Translations under genes and position numbers: made by a program | Assembly (NCBI GenBank): GCA_973851085.1 | Contig: OZ316776.1 | Coordinates: 11,098,001 to 11,162,000, forward strand | Length of the DNA stretch: 64,000 nt | From: Ptychomitrium polyphyllum | Lineage: Eukaryota | Reading direction: 5' to 3' | Notes under the pieces: generated by a model | Database searches by the model: none | Seen by the model: the letters and a program-made list of their open reading frames with translations, nothing else | Told to the model about the DNA's origin: nothing | Shown here: one piece after another, positions 60,637 through 64,000 of the stretch | Layout: each line of letters starts with the position of its first letter | How positions within the stretch are numbered: the first letter of the stretch is position 1

Positions 60637-63600
60637 GCATTCTACTTGTATAGTTCTTGTCGGTCTCCTACGCTCCGTCGGTGATGTACAGCCTGAAGTT
60701 TTTTCAGTCCGATGACCATGAGTTGGCAAAGGTGGTTCTATAGGAAAACATACTTATCTAGATCCTCTTTTTGGATCCTTTTGGAATACTCATCGGGAGA
60801 AACTCGTCATCAACCAAGTTATTACGTTAGCTTCTAGCTGGTACAGCTCTTGAACAAATTAGCACCTCACGGCAGAATATGAGCGAACCTGGTTCCAGGG
60901 ATCTGCTGTGGAGGACTCGATTATGCTGGACATATGGAGGGCTAACTGAACACATTACTCGCTTGTCATATAATTTGAAGTTAAACCTTCATTGCATCCT
61001 GAATAAAATGTTGATTACTTCAGTCATGATGAAATAATAGTTTTGAAATCTCGAAGCTTTTCAATGTACTTATGCCGATGTTACCTTGAACATATCATCT
61101 AAAACGTGTGCAGCTTTGAGAGACGATTTCTGTAGATACATTGTTTCATCGTGATCATTTGCTGAACATTGTGTCCAAACTGGTCAAATCGTGACAATTG
61201 TGGGAAAACAATATACTATACAATACTTGTATGTGTAGGAAAGTACTGAACCCTTAAAATCTTTGCAGTCTTTGAAATCTGAGAATGGACTCTGCTTTGG
61301 CCATGTGGATTGTGGAATCATTACCAGAGCTCTCGTTAAAATCACAGGTTCGAAATCACGCACATTCATGCCTGTCACTGATCCTCAAGAGTTATTTACT
61401 TATGCTAGACGTATGAAACAGTTAACATTTCAATCTCCCAAACATTGACAGGGTGTTCGGGTACATTGATGTAGAGATTTCTGTACCTGACCAGAATTAT
61501 TAGAGATCCATCCAGGCTCTCACAGTGTACCGCAATTCTAGAAGTTAAACCCGTATTGTACCACTTAGAAACAGCCAAATGGCTGAATTACAACCTGTTC
61601 TAGTGTGAACTGGATGTTGGTGTACTGTTAGTCTGGCATGATCTCGGTGATAGATTTAAGTTTGTAACGTTCATCTACGATCTGCACATTGTCCTTGATG
61701 AGGCAGTGATGCCGTTTAACTATGTCTATTGTAGAAGTGGTGATGATAGTTACGGCGCACCGCACTTGTACTGGCAACTCTGAGAGTCCCTTTATTTCTC
61801 TTCCTCGTTCTCGATCCTTCCGTTGTGCCTTGATAAATGCTAAAGTCCTGTCCATCGCTCATCTGCCTTTTGCTAATAACCCACCGTGGTGCAGCTAGTG
61901 AGTTAGCGGTGACAAGTTCTTGCAGAGTTGCATACCTCTTACATTGTAGACCCCGAATGCGAAATCCGGCTTTTTTTTGCCTCTTTTGCTTGTCTTATTT
62001 TCGTTGGATGGGTGGAGGTTTGTTTGTGCCGTAGCTTTCCATTTTGTCTTGTCTCTTTCATGCCTCAGCTTCACTTGTTGATATTGTCGGATCGGATTAG
62101 TTAACCATGTGTTTATACTTTCTGATTATTTGGGTTCTGAAGCTTGGATAAATCTTGGCCTGGTGGATTTACTCAAGCTTTGGTGTCCGCGCCATTGTAC
62201 CCATCCGGGCGCACCAACATTGTCGTTTTTGATTATCATGGATCTCGGTGCGTGTGCTTTCGTTAGGAACTTAGTATTGATCTGGTTATGCCCCCGGCGG
62301 TTATTGCGTCTCCTCCTAAATACCTACCTAGACATGTAGTACTCCGTGCTTTCCAAAAAGATGTCCGTTATCAGAAGTCTGTCTCTGCAATGCCGTGTTT
62401 ACTGCGCCAGTTACACAACGGGTTCCTACTTGGCAGCGCGCAATAGATAAACCCAGTAGTCCTGAAGCACTCAAGTTGGAGGGTAGCTACCCAAAGATCT
62501 GATAGAGTTTGCATATTTTTTTCATTAAGTATATTTTTGTGCACCAACAGTAATTAGCAAGAGTAGACGTCCTATTCAAGCTTTCTTCATTGCCCCATCA
62601 GGCACTACTTCCATCTAGGTGGTGCATAAACTGTGATGTTTCTGTGAGTTGAAAGAGAATGTGGCGATGATGACATAAACTTTAAAAGGTGATCATGGCC
62701 TTGAGCTTGCTGCTTCAAGAATCCATATGATCCCGTTCAAGCACTTTTGATGCCACATTAAGCACTTCCATACTTGAAGATGGTTTTTCCTGAACCAAGC
62801 GTAAGTTCCTTGAAACAACCAGAAATCAACCAATACAGGCAAGCTACGATATTCCTTTGTGGATTGCACTTAATTAACGACTGCTAAAAAATGTAGCCCA
62901 ATTAAATGTCGATGAACAAATCACAGAAACTTTGGCCTGTTTGAATTGCATTGAACCACATGCATGACTCGTTAATACATACGTACTATACGGTGCATTC
63001 ACTAGCATACAGAATTCTGTAGCCTACTCATGCGACGAGGATGTAGCATACCTGATCCAGTCTAAGATTTGGTCACAAACGTCCACTCGTTTTCTTTAAC
63101 GTACAATAGTGAGTAACTTTGCACAGATCCAACATCCATAGAAATCCATGTGAACTCTTTTCTAAATCTCAAAGCTGAATGTAACAGTACACAAACTTGA
63201 ACACACAAATGCAAAATTGCACTTAACTTTAATAGCAAGAAATATGTTACAAAGCTAAATGTGGAATTATGTTAAGGTGAATGAAATACAAAGCTAATGT
63301 TGCAAGTACTTAGATTTGTTCAAACTAATTGCACAATCTTCAATGTTTGAACCAATGACGTTTAGTGATATTGACTAATGGACCATGAAAACTGTTTAAA
63401 GTTAGACTTGTATACATGCCTATCTATTGTACCTTAAACTTTGTACCAAGTTCTTAGTTTAAACCAAAATTAAGTGTTCCAAAGCACTCTTCATTTCTAA
63501 TTCAACACCATAATCTACCATTTGATATAAACTAGTTTATCTTTCTTTCATCACTAAAGATAATATATTGCCAATCATCAACAATCCAATTTTATTACCT

Positions 63601-64000
63601 TTGAGCATACTTCAACCATCTAAAACCATGTTTATGACTCAAAAATAACTTCTATATTGGACTTGCTCATCCAAACTTATATGTATTAACAAGTGCAAAT
63701 GATATTGCAAACAAATTTATATATGTTCCTTTTCAAAATCATAACCGATTTGCCAATTTCAAGTGAATTTCCAACAATGAAAATTATACTATGTTCCAAC
63801 TTTCTAAAAGTCTTAAATTTCCTTCCATATGTTTTTCAATTTTTTCACTAATATATTGTCTAAAAAACACCACTAAAGACTAATTCTTGATAAGCAAATT
63901 GATAACCTTCTATGAAGAAACACCACTTCCAAATTGTACCAAAGCTTGGTGCTTCTATTTGTAAGACAAGCCACAATTAATTCAACAAATTTTAGCACAC

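Overview
Eukaryotic land-plant genomic DNA with GT-AG introns and long AT-rich intergenic tracts; the gene content and style suggest a moss (inference, species not determinable here). Supported genes: a 4-exon NIN-like nitrate transcription factor (NLP, minus, 3726-8428); a DUF1764 protein (24993-25502); three near-identical GC-rich DUF642-type secreted/GPI-like genes (30105-30950 minus, 43258-44103 plus, 49549-50394 minus); two intronless, microbial-looking NmrA-like atypical SDR genes with a non-canonical SATSRNG nucleotide-binding loop, plus two NmrA pseudogene fragments; a 7-exon polyprenol reductase; a 6-exon RIT1 initiator-tRNA phosphoribosyltransferase; and an 8-exon Zn-dependent alcohol dehydrogenase. 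The most interesting part is 29.9-50.8 kb. An [NmrA - spacer element - DUF642] cassette was duplicated in inverted orientation. A younger ~1.2 kb inverted repeat brackets the polyprenol reductase gene, with flank patterns expected from a staggered-break inversion. The DUF642 paralogues are almost identical except for one patch of amino-acid replacements that relocates a tryptophan. All exon calls and alignments were done by eye; no database searches were run.
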